This document shows, piece by piece, positions 1-14,400 of a DNA stretch of 64,000 nt. Under the pieces are notes generated by a model, which was not told the origin of the DNA, ran no database searches, and was given only the letters and a program-made list of their open reading frames with translations. Origin of the DNA: Takakia lepidozioides (Eukaryota > Plantae > Bryophyta). The stretch is taken from positions 75,330,001 to 75,394,000 of the forward strand of contig CM060732.1 in assembly GCA_030704615.1 (NCBI GenBank), given 5' to 3'. Each line of letters starts with the position of its first letter. The first letter of the stretch is position 1. The position numbers were made by a program, and so were the translations under genes.

Positions 1-1597
1 CTCTGCCCTCTACGGTTCCGAAAGTAGTACGCGCCCCCTAGGCCCCCTGCGGCAGGCACTGGCTCAATTCCAGACTCAATGGCCTTCACCGATTCCTGTA
101 GCAGCCGCTTGATCTTGGAACAGCAGTTCAAGCCTCCCACAATCTCAAATGGCCTACCTTGACCAAAGTCTCTGTTGGAACTTAAGACATCAGTTATCGT
201 TGGTGACAGGCATGGAGTTGAAGAGCTCCGATACAGACTGCGGGTGAGTAAGAGAGGGGCATCATTTCTCACTTCGCTTAGATCCTTCTCCAAAACATGA
301 TCGCCAAACACGAGAGCACTTTGCTCTGTCGGAACACACAATGCAGCCTGCACTTTCTTCTTCACTGATTCCACCTTATCAGCCCTGTCCAGCTCAATCC
401 CTAGCAAATGGCCTGCATGAAGCAACACTCCAGACAAAATCAGTTTAGCAAACAGCAGCTGTAGCAAAGGAGGGAAATAGAAAAGAGCTCTTACTCAGGT
501 TCAATGAGAATTTCAAGAAATGGTTTAAGATGCGAACTTTCACAATGCCAACTGAAATGCATAACCCCAAAGACTTTTAAGTTCACCAATTGCCAGGCTC
601 CAAGACTTGGTGGGCACGGGCACCAGGAATCCCGACACCCTACCAAGTGGCATTTTTTCTCTCGACAACCCTACAAGTCTGCCTAGTTCCCGGTTCATGA
701 CGTCCATGTGGCAGGATGCCTACCAGTTCATACTATGCAGTTGCCTAAGAGTAACCTGGGCAATATTCTCAGAGACTGGTTGCTTGTCAAAAGTGAGGAG
801 GTGCTCAGCATCAAGCACTAGTTTGAACAAACTGCACAACTCATACACGGATCCCCACATAACAACATTGATATTTTCACATGCAATTTGAACTGTAACA
901 TGTTATCCAAGAAAGTAGAAAGGGCTCAAGGCATGACTCATGGACACACATGAGTAAGGCATTTTATCTGAGATTCACAACATGGCCTTAAAAAATGCCC
1001 ACCAGATACAACCGAATCCCCAGTACACCACACCCCCACTGCCCTCGAGAATCTCTTCAGCGGCGCTTTTTCTAATTGGAAATTTCATATCTCTCTATCT
1101 CTCTCTCTCTCTCTCTATGCATATATGGAAATTCAAAAGCTCGCATAACTATATAATGTAACCAAATGCTGGTCTCAGGTGACATGAAAAATCTAGGATA
1201 CCAACTGATCCACAGGCAAATACTCCTTGTGGTCCATAAGCCACACTACTCAGAAACTTCACTTCATAATGGAAGTCTGCATCCATAGGAAAATCTATTT
1301 ACAACCAAAAAAAACAATGAATGCTGAGGTGCTAGGACCAGCATCCAACTCTGGTCCAAAAATGAATGTCAAGCCTCCCATGCCAAACTATGCTGTGATG
1401 AACACAATGATGCCTGACTACTCCCAAGAAGGTACACAAAGACAACCTGTGTCTGTTTGCACAAAAATTCGCCGTCGCCCAACCTGCCGCCGGCACATGT
1501 TGGGGAATCCACCCGTGGACCCACCTTTGCCATTGACTCCATCAGGAACAGCCACAGGTGTCTGGACTTGCACCGGGCTCTGCGAGCTGGGAGGCAT
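1..1597 (-). CDS. PI4Kgamma: Type II phosphatidylinositol 4-kinase gamma (PI4Kgamma5/6/7-like), 5' part; runs off the window start
   Basis: Exon 1597-1447 (MPPSSQSPVQVQ...RRIFVQTDT) splices GT-AG in phase 1 to exon 412-1 (GHLLGIELDRADKV...RSSSTPCLSPT...GGLGGAYYFRNRRG). These match the ubiquitin-like N-terminus and kinase-start motifs of plant PI4Kgamma7. Confidence 0.88.
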
Positions 1598-4500
1598 GCC
1601 TGGGCACCTCTTGTAAATTTCGCTTGTTCTGGCCACTTGGTACTACAAAAATGTTGGTCTTTCAGAAAAGAACTGGTCTTGAAAATTGAAGCACAGTCCT
1701 CCACACTAATCTTTTGCAATAGACATAAAGTAATAGACCTTTGTCACATTGGAGAAAGCTGCCTGCCTTTGATAGATTACAACTCTCAACTTGGTCCAAA
1801 TGAGGTTGCATCCAGGTCCCAAAGCCCACTGGACCAAAATGTCCATCAACCAAACAAATTTTTTGCTGTCACTGTGACTTATGTTTCATCTTTTGCGCTT
1901 CAAAAATCCCTTTCCACCAACTAATCCCATAACCCTCGCCAAAACAGAAACAATGCAAACCCTCATATGCTAAAAATCCCAGACAATCGCTGACACTTGG
2001 GAAGCAGATCATTAGCTACCATGTCTTCTTTGGCCAAGACGAAAAGATCTGGTCCAGTCTATAGAGGTTCTGGATCCCTACCCCTGAGGTTAACCCGCTC
2101 ACAGCAACAAGCCCACAGCCCAAAAGAAAGAAGAAAAAACTTTGTCACTTTCTGTCCGAACCTCTTTTAATCCCACGGAAAAACTCTTGGATACCCCTTC
2201 AGGCTGGGAAAAGATGCTTGGTCATGGTTCTTACCAAGTACCAAGTTCCAATGTTGCTCAATGGACCCTAGAAACCTTCATTCCTGGACAGATAATGAGT
2301 CCTTTTGGTGCAAATCGCTTTCAGACGAGAAGGGTCCTGCTGACCCGGTGGAGAACTGCCTGTAACTCCCCGGCTACCCGGATCTTGGCCCTAACTCTGA
2401 CGACTATTCCCGCATTAAGGGATTTCAAGCAGTTTTATGCAGTCAATGGACGAATCAAGGGAAGCACGAATGACAAAGCCCACTGGTGTAGTCGCAAAGG
2501 CCACTCGTTCACTGTTGCACATACACAACTACTCTCAAGCCTGATCAATGGAAAAATAAACGGGCCCCTGAGAACCCCCCACGCAAAGGCAATCTCCCTC
2601 CGTGATATTGCATATAGAACTCAACAGCATTTTACATCTCTCCGCCGCCCTCCTCAGGATTGTCAAGAGGAAGCCAGACACCAGACTTCCTCCCTCGCGG
2701 CCTTCAATCCCGTTTTAATCATCGACAGTTGGACCCTCTCGTGTTTTCTCATATCAAAATAAACAATGCTACCCAATGTTTCCGTCTGCAGAAGCAGGCG
2801 TCCCTCGATGTGCTCCACTCCTTGTCATGAACTTCAACAGCATTGGTGGTCCTCTGCTGGTACCCTTTGGCAGAGTCAACAACCCAAGTAGGACGAAATC
2901 CTCACATCCATGACGAGTTCTTCTTCATAAGGAAGCGGCAGAGAATGCAGATTACAGTCCTTCCTTCAAGCAATGAGCCTACATGTATCCTAGACCTTTC
3001 GTGGTTCCAGAATAACGATGGAAGATGTTGCCTCTACCGAAAACAAAAGGAGGGTTATGTTTCCCTTCTGCCCTCGAAAACACTATAGAGGATCTGGAAA
3101 AAGGTCGGCTGTATGGAACACCATGCTGCATTGATGAGCTGATCCTAGTCCCAAATCCCTACCACCAAGTGCGTCATGGGTTTTACAGATGCAATGCCGA
3201 AACGCGATGAACAACTTGTGGAAGAAGCTTCGAGCTACAACATCTCCTCACGTGCCCAAACAATGGCTTTCAGCTGTGATTCCCTTCCCACAGTTCCTTC
3301 TAGCCTACAGCTCGGGGCCTGCGCTGGCCTGATGGCCAGAAAGCCCCACCACCGCTCACATATCCCCCACACTAATTTCCACTCTCGACATCCTGCACCC
3401 TCACCTCTGCCCACTTCACCCGAACCCTTCCAAGAAAACTGAGGAATCCCACTATGTACACATGAAACTCTGCAGGAAGCTACAAAGACAAAAAAAGGGA
3501 GTGAAACGACACGACGAGAAGGTTGGGAGGCAAGGACTTGCACAATAACATGAAGTCCAGAGATGCGAGAGATATGGGTGGAAAGAATCAGGCACTCTTG
3601 TTGGGGTTACTCACTGTTGTGCGGTGACGAGGATGCTGCAAGCCAAGCTAGTAATGACTACAAAGCTCAAACCGCTTGCATGTTTCTAGAAGGGAGGAAG
3701 ACGAAGCTCTTACATTTGTCATTTGATATTACCAGGTTTCAGTCTTCCAATGGCTGGATTCCTGCAAATAAAATCCTGTCCCAGTGGGCGGTTGGATCCG
3801 AGAGATGGGGCAAGTTACTTTCTACATATGGAATACAACATTCACATCACCCATTTGCATTCAATGCTAAAACATCGCCAGGCCCACAAATGGGATCCCT
3901 ATTATTATACTGGATTGTTCGACACACGTTTGGTGCGGTAGAGTATTCCCGCACTCGGGTGGGTGAATGTTCGTCGTCCCCACGTCGAAAGTGCCACCAC
4001 GTCTGCGCCGACAGACCGCCAAAGATCAATATCACAATGTCACCACAAATTCGCAATAGACTACTCTCATTCCATGTATGTGAATGTTAGTTGGTTGGAA
4101 GCACTATAGCTCCATGGCATTCTATTCAAGGGCTCATAAAGTTTCTGCACATGTTCTAGTGAGGGCAATCAAGACAGCAGCATGGGTCCTTTGCACAGAT
4201 TGTCGATGACACCTTGGTGAAGCTACTTGGTTGTTGAGCTTCTGAAAATTGTTCGTTACATGGATGCAGTGGTGTTATCAGACCCGCTCAACTTTTTAAT
4301 ACATTTGCAATATCTTCAAGAGAGAATATGACAAATTATTACCTGCAAGAAAGGTTCGAAGATCCTGATGAGCATTTGTTTCCAATAGATCCACAATAAG
4401 CTGAAGTTTCATGATGGTTATGGGCATAGATCCTCCTCTTCAATCAATTTTGCAATCACCAGGGATCATGTGAACTACCTCAAACCAGCACCTGGTTAGG

Positions 4501-5438
4501 TAGGCCACAGGTTTGGCAACAAGAAGTGCACACAATAGGCATTCTATCAATGGATTAGACGAGAGATGTCAAGAATGTTGCAGGATGTGTGGTGGGTCAG
4601 ACAACACATAGCAACAGATTATTTGGTTGGCAACAAGGGAGGGGAGTGTGCAGCCATTCAAGCAAAAGGGATCATTTTTCCAATGCTTGACTCCATCACG
4701 CTATTTTCTAAGGAGCATGGACTCAGTAAGATCATGCTCTTATCCCATGCTCTTCTTCCATGCTCTTCTTCATTTCAGAGTAAGTAGCCTCGAATATAAG
4801 CTGGGATCTTCTGCAAGTGCCCAAGGTGCGTTTGTCGACCCAGAAGAAACACAACACAACATCAGAGCATCTGGAGTACAAGGAAAAGCAGATGTACTGG
4901 TTGGCCTCAGGGGGAAGACCCTTGCACACCTCCATACCCCCCGTATGTCTAGTACAGTAGGGAACTGTGAAGTCCTGTGACCAGCCAAAATTTAGATTTC
5001 ATATTTACCCTCTTCAGCAAATGCCCCTACGAAATCATACCAGCAAACCTGGCAAGTGCACACATCCTTGTGGATTACATGTCAAAGGACATCTCTACCC
5101 TCAAGAGGAAAAAAATATGGACCATGGGCCGCTGCTCTGCTTACTAGCTAGGAATCATGTTCACCTAACAACACTTCCAGCTCTTGCTTAGAGATCTCTC
5201 CATTGCCTCTGCTACTTGCTAACAGATGATGGAAGTGTTGGCACCCCATTGTATCATATCCTGACTCCCATCAGAAAAAGTGCAAGCACCTCTTGTACTG
5301 CAAACTAGAGCTCTCAAGCTGCCTAGCTTGTCTTCCATGGCAAGCTCTCTACAACTCAAGTCTTCCATGTCCCATTTCTTGTTCAAAACACAGGCCCGTT
5401 TCAGAGCTCATGGAACAGTCTGAATCAATTGGTTTTTC

Positions 5439-8400
5439 TCAGCAGGCTGCCTGCAGTCTTTGAGCTACAGGAGGATAATCAGCTGATTTTGGCCTAACAA
5501 TCCTAGGTCTCAAGCCCAACTTACCTCGTGGCTGCCTACCAGGTTTTTGGGGATTTGCTTTGCGCATACTATGCCACCGACCAGAAGACTGGACCAGTGA
5601 CTGCCCTAGCAGGTTTGCAATGTGGGTAGCCATCTCAGCTGCCCTTCCCTTCTGAACAAACAGCTCCTCTGGAAAATGCTGGCTAAGCCACAGGTACATA
5701 GAAAGCACCTGCTTATACAGCCAACATGCACAGCTTAGCCACAAATAACACAACCTTTTAAGCTTCTAGTCATCGATTGTAGATACTTGCTGCTGAAGAA
5801 ATGTCTTAACAGCGGTGTCACTCTTCTTCCTTTGCAAATGTAACATTGCCATCACTACCCAGCGAGCGGCACAGGCAGATGTAGCACTGCAAAATATGGT
5901 CTTTCAATCAAAATTAAATGGCCATAGGGAGCACAGGGATCAGAAGGAGGGGCCAGCTGGACACTTACCTGATGCCGTGTTTCAAGGTCTAATAGTTCAA
6001 ACTCATCTCGAGCAGAATTGAGAGGGGCACCCATTTGCACAATCACTGGGATCTTCTGGCTGTACGCTGTTGCATAGCGGTACAGGGCGCCGATGGACTG
6101 TGGATCGCGCACATTGACGGGTGCAAAGCAAAAATTGAAACGGTCCTCCAGTGACAAACCGTTTATCTTGTCTAAGACACTCGCCACCCTCTGAATACAC
6201 ACCAACTCTTTGTTATCTTCTTTGTGCAAGGAGGTGCACTCAATGCAACATGACATCAAAACAGCTTTGGTTAGGCCCACTACTTTGGTTCTCATGTTTA
6301 CCATTAATTTGTCCAAAATACATGCAGCCGCATCAAACTATCTTGATAAATGACCACGCAGGCTACATGATGCTCCTTCTCAGGCAGCATACACTGTGCC
6401 ATGTTTTGTGAGCCGCTGAGTATAATGAAACAACTGGTAAACTCTTGCCAGATATGCACAAGGAAAGCCCAGTAATCTTTCTACACAGACAGGATCACTT
6501 AGACACAGTAAACTCCACTACACACCAATACTAATACAAGATGGTGAGCTTTGATGGTTGCACAGGAGCCAGGGGAGTTCTCACCTTCAAATTATCATAC
6601 CGACATAGGAAGTAGGCCCCATCCAAACGACACGTCTCTTCAAACCTACACAGAGGCACACACAATGTTACAATCACCTGTCGATCTCGGGTACCCCACT
6701 TGTGATACTCATGAAATTCGCTCTGGAAGTCCAGAACTTCATTGCACCTCTTCTGATTTGGACTAGTTTAGACTGTTCTCCTGACAATAGCCAGACATTT
6801 CAATGCCATTGGCCTAAGCACACCTTTCCTATGGCCTTTTACTGTCAGCCCATCTACTCCAATTCAAACAGCTGACACATCAATTTCCACTCAGACCCCT
6901 AGCTGAAGAGAAATTCCCTCCCATTCTCTCTCCTGAGCCCTGCAAGCCATACTTATTACCTCAAGGCTAGCTGGCTCACAACAAGCAACGTCAAATGATT
7001 CATCACAACAGCAAACTGATCAGCCACTGGGATAACAAGATTACAGTATGCTGGTGTATTTGAGCTTATGTGCAAAGAGATGTTCAAACACAGGTCAACC
7101 TCTCAAGAAGTTGGGCAAATGACATCTCCGGAAGCTGACTTGCAAACAGCTCCACCTGCCAGAGTATCACACGTGCACTCAGAAGCATCAGAAGCCACTC
7201 AAAATGCTGTACATGCTGCCCCGTATTCTGTCCTGTCCATGGTGGATTTGCCTCCCCCTCCCCCTACCTCCCTTTCCAGATCTGACGAGAATCTCCCATA
7301 ACCCGAGCCCCTCACAACCTAAAACTTCAACTAGGACCGCCAAAAACCAAACCCATGTAGGTCCATAAAACACTCGTGCACTTTCACACACAGAGCTGAC
7401 CAGAGCAATATTAGTGGGCACCTCGCAGGCATATTATAAAAACAGAAAATTTGGGAATAGAAGGGCAGATAGCATGTGAAAGAGAGATCGGACCTGTTCA
7501 TACACAGGGAAGAGGCCAGCTGTTGTGGCAGGCTCAAAGGCCTGTTCCATGGACTGAGCAAGGTATGGGATGTCCTGTGAGAAGAATGTGGTGGTCACCC
7601 CGTCTGGGTATATACTACCGCGTCGCCCAGCTCTTCCTGCTATTTGTTTCACCTGCAAGTTGTGACCTCGTCACACCGTTGTAGTCATAAAAACCCTTCA
7701 AGTTGAAGTATAGACCTAAGCCGTAAACCGAGAGTGATTCGGCAGCGTTGAACAAATTTTCTACCTTTTACCAGGACTCACCATCCAAGGAACATGAACA
7801 ACTGAAACCACTGTGAGTGCTTCACGTTTGATGTTGGCTAGAAGATTCGCTGGGTAAAACGAAGAAGGACGGGGTTTGTCCCTCCAATGGTTCTTAGAAA
7901 CAATCTACTCCTTCACTTTCACACCTCCAGGCATGCGACTATCTTCCCCGGCATTGCCATCAGTGGGAACCCAAAGAAGAACACTGGACAACATATAGAT
8001 TATAAATCTATACGAATTCATGACAAACCCAACTTAGAATGCAAGTCCAAGAGCATGCAAACAGACTGTAGACTGTCCAGACCGTAGAATGTTGAGCAAA
8101 GCCATTGGAAAGAACTACCATCCAGGAAATGAAAACGAGGCATGCATCAGAGACAACTCACCTTTTGTCACAGCAACTAACAAGAACAGTTGATGCTTTT
8201 CCAAGCAAAACAGTCAAGAAAACCAGAGCAGCAGGAATAAAGAGCTTAGAATGGCATACCCACACACTTGAGAAATAAGATGTCTGTACAATGTATGACA
8301 GTCACTGATATCGTGAGACATGCAGCCATTTAGCCCTTCCCAAAAGACTAAGTCGCACAGAAGCCAACCATAGCTGGAAAAAAGGGAACAGTGTCAGAAC

Positions 8401-11400
8401 ATACCTGGGAAGGCGGGATAGGTCTCTTGGCATCACCATCAAATTTGTCAAGAGAATAGAAAACCACCCTCCGAATATTGAGATTCAGGCCCATGCCCAC
8501 AGCATCGCTCGCAACCAGTACATCGTAGCCACTATTGACATCATTAAAGAGCTTGGCCTGCTGTGTTCGTGTCTCAGGCGGCAGTGCGCCATACACCACA
8601 CAGCACCGATGCTTTGACGTAAGCTCCACTTCACGCTGCCTCGCACACAAAAACCCTTTCCCAGATGAGGGCACCACTAGCCTCTCTCTCTAATTTCCAC
8701 GACTCTCCTTTTACCCCTCTTTCCCTCCATCTTTTAACAATGCGGATCACCACAATCCCACTTGAATCAGCAGTTTAAGACACAGAAACCAGACAGCTGC
8801 ACGTAATCTCTACTTAAACTAGTGGGGGCTAGGTCATAGATAACTGGGTTTGCAATTGTGAAAGATGCCCTATGGCTCACAAAAATATGACCCACAACTG
8901 CCAACCTATGAAGGATGTTGTGCATTCCCCTGATGCAACACCTGCTATTTCTATTGTGATCATCCAAGATGAACCAGCACTGGGAAATAGAGGCAAGGCA
9001 TGGCAAACCTTCACATCAAAGATGTCTTTGCGTGAAAATGCTACTATACAATCCCCAGCTTGAACGTTCCTGAAATCTCCTTTCAATGATGCCTGTGTAA
9101 GCCACCAAATAAGAGGAGTCATTTGTTTGTCAGGTTTTACTGACTGTCCTGTGCCGTATTAATCCTCCCCCTCCCTACTGGAGAGTTGAGATCTAAATGC
9201 CAGAATCATATGAAAAAGACATGGCTGCATCTTTTGGAGCCTAGAGACCTCAACTGCTCAAGACAATTAGCACTAATCAGACATTTGACTCCAGCACAAG
9301 AATCCCAAACTACAAATAGAAACTGAACATTCCGAAACATGTCCTAGACCTGACCTACCTCTGGACGATATGCAAACGGAGACATGTCAGTAAGTTGAAG
9401 GGCATTACAGGATCCACGATAAGAGGCTTGAAGCGTAGGTACTCATTTTCCACCAGCTCGTCACCTGTGGCTGCACAAAGGCTGCGCAGCAATGGCACCG
9501 CACTTGGGTCACCACAGACATGAACTTCATCAGCCTGTACGCCCAGAAATGCGCGCGTCCAGGCCCAGCCCCTGTACTCATCACTCATCATCTGTGTTCC
9601 ATCCATGCCATCCATACTGCTCTTTAGGTCTCCGTCAACTTTCTATATATCAGTGAACCTCTCTCTCTCTCTCTCATTTTTCCATTTTGTCCCATAAGCG
9701 CTTTGAGCTTGCCGCGGACGTTATAAAGTACCATTTCATTTCTCATTGTGTCATTCTCCCTGTCCTCTAGGAAGCCTATGCCATTGGGTGGACTTGATAC
9801 GGGAGTACATAAATGTCTCTGACTAAATGCTGGCCTTGTGACCCGGTGTGTTTGATTGTTTTGACCTGACGCGCTTTGCTTCAGGTAAGGTGGTGCATTG
9901 GATTTAGTTGGCGAGTTGGGGCCTCTCCCGCTTTAGAATATGCCTACGGGGGCCATTCCCTGCAGCTCCCTGGAGTGCGATCTCTAAATGGTAACAAGCG
10001 AACCCCTACCGCTTGGGGGTAGCCCCTCTGCACAAATTGGGCAGTTGTATGTTCTGTCTAGCATACTCAGCACTTGGGCTAGGGTTGGTCCTTCTACTTA
10101 AATTCTGGCCTGCGAATTCTACCCATACATTACCTCTTATCAATAACAACACTCCCCAGGGTGATTCCTGGGAATTGGTTACTTATGCAAATCTAGGGCT
10201 TCATGTGTAGTTTTTGGGGTGAATCCCAGGATGGACGATGTGTCCTTTAAAACTACATGCACCAGCTTAGGCTTGGATTATATGGCTAATGGTTCCATCT
10301 CAGGACTTGATACTTTGAAGGTTGCAATGCCCAAAAATGCTACAAATAGAGTCTCACATCAATTAAATCTCAAAGAAGTTCGTCCCTGACTGGCTGGAGA
10401 GCGGTCTTAGACATTGGTGATTCAATGAGGCGCTCTAGGAAGACAACCAAGGGCAGGGACTTCAACTTGAAAGTTTCTAACCGGTTTGATGCGCTGGATG
10501 AGGTTGATTCCAAGCAGTCAGACAGACAAACTGACCCTAAGAATGCTGAGCCTGAGCGTCGTGTGACTGAAGGATTTGGTACTCTGAATGGTTTACCAAT
10601 CCTTAAAGTTTAAGCAAATCTGGCTAAAACTGAAATTGAAGGGCTGCGTGAATACTAGGGACCTCTTTGTGGGTTGTGTTTACATGCCCACAGAGGGGAT
10701 CCTTAGTGCTGACGCAGACAAAGCCTTCGAAGACGTAAAGCTGGACTGTGCTAAGTTCCTCGCCAAAGGTCAGGTGGTCTTATTGGGTGACTTCAATGCC
10801 CGGATGGGCAAAGGTCTTCATCAGGATGATACCATTGGGCCTTTTTGTGAGGACGAGTATAATGGTAGACGGTTAATAAACTGTCTGGAAGAACTTTAGC
10901 TTTTGACCTTGCATAATAGGTCAAAAGGAGACCAAGTGCAGTGGACTCGTGAGAAAGCCCAAACTGGGGAACGTTCCATTGTGGATTATCTCATAATGGA
11001 CAAAAATTTGGTTGGCCGGAGTGCCAATGTGTTGATCGACAGAACTGATATTGCTACCTCTGACCACTTCCTGGTTTGGACTGAGATTAGAAGGTGTTTG
11101 CCCAACACCAAGAGATCTGTGAAACATTCGATTTGGAAGTGGCGCATAGAAAAATTCCAAAATGATGAGGTCAAGGCTGAGTATGTCCAGCCCTTGCAAG
11201 AGGCTCTCCCTCATTTTGTCCACTTGCTCCAAGCCCTTCAGTCTTGCTCTGGCAATGCAAGAAATGAATTCAAAAGAGCAGTGGATTCTTGGGAGATTCG
11301 TCTCCTCTGTGGCAGACAAGAGATTCTGCCCTTCAACATTTGTACAAGCTGAAAACTGTCAGCAAGTACAGGCGCTGAGGACTACTAAGGGTGCAGTGGT

Positions 11401-14400
11401 GACTTCAACGGTTGACATTGTCAAAACCTTTGAAACCCACTACAGTATCCTTGGCAGAATTTCTAGGTCTAACAGTGAGGGTCCTCTGAGTAATGGAAGG
11501 ACACAGTTGGAAAAACTGTTCCTACGATTCAAGACAGCCCTGATGAATTGGAGTATATTTCAAAGGCTTACAATGCTCCCATTAGTTCTTCTGAGATAGT
11601 CGAAGCAATTGAGCATTTAAACGGATATAAAGCTGGTGGACCTGTCGGCATAATCAACAAGCTTATCAAGCACGGTGGCGATCCCATTATGGTGTAAATG
11701 TGCAGTGGTGGCATTCAACAACCGAGGGGAGGGGGGAGGTGATCTCAAGTGGCAGTGGGGAAGCCAAGAGATTCCGGTCCTCCCTTCCTACACATACCTC
11801 GGCGTTGAGTTTTCCTCCAACTGTAATTGGGATGCAGATATTCAGAAAGTTGTTCAAACTGGCAAGCACAAAGCCCTGGGTCTCACTAAGCTTTTCCACT
11901 GCAGAGGGATCAACTCTGAGGTCAAAAAACCATGCTTTGTCATGTTATTAGACCTGCACACATCTACAATATGGATTGATAACTCCAACCAGGCTAAGTC
12001 TCTAGAATCCATTCAAGTGGGAAGTCTTGACCCGCAAGCTGGATAAATCTGACTAAGAGGCTGTAATGTCCAAAGCCTTGTCTGTTGCCAGGAAATTGTC
12101 TGATGAAAATGGAGTTAGGCAGAAAACTTCCCTGAACTTGTTTCCAGTCTGTGACATGGGGGAGGACATCATGGATGACCTCAAGGGTCTACCACTCTCG
12201 GCACTAGACTGAAATGTAAACATAGGGCGGGAAGCCTACCTTTGAACAGCAAACAGAAGCAGAGAGGAAAGGGAGAGTGCAATTGGCCGTTGTGTGGGCA
12301 ACCTGAAGACAATCTTCATTTTCTGGTTCATTGTCTGGGGTTCGCTCACCAGGGAGACACTCCCTTCAAATCTTGTGCCTGTACATCTGTTTACCAACTT
12401 TGAAAGTCTCGAGGCTGAGCCAAAAGCCCAGGCCCTTTTGGGGCCTAGGCTACTTACTACCGGTGTCAGCACCTGAAAAAGGTAGGTTCTGTCCCTTTGT
12501 GTTCTGCTCAAACTGGGCAAGGGGTCAATGGCCACAAGGCTACAGCAAACAACGCCTTATGAGTACATTCTCTCATTTGACATGTGTGGAGACCTTAAGG
12601 ATGATCTGAAGGGCCACTTGGCACTAGACTGAAGTTTAAACTCAGGGCAGGGAGTGAAGACCAAATATACCAAGGTAAGTTAGCCTGGAAGGATCATGGC
12701 CTGGAACAGCGCCCTCATTGCCCCCTCCATTGCACTCCCTTTCTTTGACCTTGAGAAATAACCCTGTCAGAATTTGGGATCCTTATTCATCATTTGCTCT
12801 GCTGCTATTAATTTATTATGGCATGGTGTACCGCTGTTTGCGTTTTTTTGGGGGCCCCGCGTGTGCAGAGCTGCCTAGGTACTAGTGAGTAGTAACTTCA
12901 TAAATAGTAAGATGCAGGGGAAGATAAGATAAAGTTTCTTTAACGTCCAGTGAATTTACAGAGCCTACTGCTCAACACACAGGCCATCGAGGGCCCCATG
13001 GACGGTCTGAAGGCACATGTTGAAGGATTCTTCTTTTTGGGAGCTAGGATACGGAGGGTAATGTCTATTCCCTCTTGTTCCACTCAAAATGGGCACAGGG
13101 TCTATGGCCACAAGGCTATAGCAAACAACAACTAATGAGTACATTCTCTCTCTCTCTCTCTCACACCACATAGACGTCGAAGAGAACCCTCTTCACTTAA
13201 GTGGAGGGTCTATGAAAGGCAGGCACCCAACTCACTCACCAAACACAGTTACTAAAGTCGCAAGGTACCCCACCTGAACCTCATCGATGACCGCAACCTC
13301 CCATTGCCGGTTGAGGTATGACATCTCGACAGTGCATGCCAAGTGGTTAGCAAACGGAACATCCTTCTTCTCCTGCCCAGTGTGGAGGTTGCAGTACACG
13401 CCAAGTAAGTTCACCTTGTCAAAAACCTGCCAACATATTGTGATCGGTGTTTAAGACCTTCCCCTTTACTTCATTGTAAGAGGCTGGCAAGTGGCAGCCG
13501 TAGACGGATCACAGGGACCTTTGACGATGGATCTCATGTAGCCGTCTCATGTAGACCGGTTGAGTGTAGGAAGGAAGAATTTGTCTTAGAAGGGAAGAGG
13601 AAAGGAGAGGACCTATGCTAGACTGGTGGTAGATTATGATCATTAAGAATAATAAAGCTATCTTTGATGGCAAATGCATGTGTAGGGTGCAATTATGTAG
13701 ATAAAGTGGAGTCAGTGGCATGGCCTTTACATCCATAGCCCCGCATAGTGAGCTGGGCCTAGACCTAGAAGATAACAAAAGATCTGTGAAATAGTAAATT
13801 GATGAACTCCATCACTCAAAGACATACCTCCATGGCGAGAAGCCGAAGGGGACTGCAGTAGATACCGTTGGATGCCTCCATGAACCGTTGGAGAGCCATG
13901 TATGTTTTCCCACTGTTTGTGGGGCCCTGGTGATAAACTACCTTTCGTTTTATAGCACGTGCAAATGGATACCTGCCAAAAAAATTGTGTGCAGAATAAG
14001 TTCCCTCTAGTACATCAACCCCTCAGCAAAGAAAAAAGCAGTGATATGCATAGAAAACCTTCTACTTGTCAGATTCGCAGAGCTGAGCATCTGAAAGTTG
14101 ACCCAAAGGTGCTAGGAATTCCTTGTGTACACACAAACATACAGGGACTTCATTATATGACACAAATGCTGCCTTCACTTAATAACCACCTGCAAAGCCT
14201 TTAACTTGATTTTTGAAGAGACATACACATTCTGTCAGCATGGTGCTCTACATAGATAGACATGCTAGAGCATTGCACACACCTTGACATGGCTTCCTCT
14301 TAGCCCACTTATATGGAAATCGTCTCCAGTCAGGTGTGAGGAACTTTCTCCAAACCCAGAGGCCATTAAGAGTGAAAACAAAATTACTTACCAAGCATCA

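Noticed and set aside
1090-1115. (CT)n microsatellite and other short tandems (31351-31380, 59951-59983)
   Set aside because: Ordinary slippage repeats with nothing further to support a function.
2142-5200. ORFs between PI4Kgamma and SUV3 (e.g. 2142-2762, 3563-4090)
   Set aside because: No recognisable motifs. Probably UTR/promoter sequence and old TE debris that I cannot classify.
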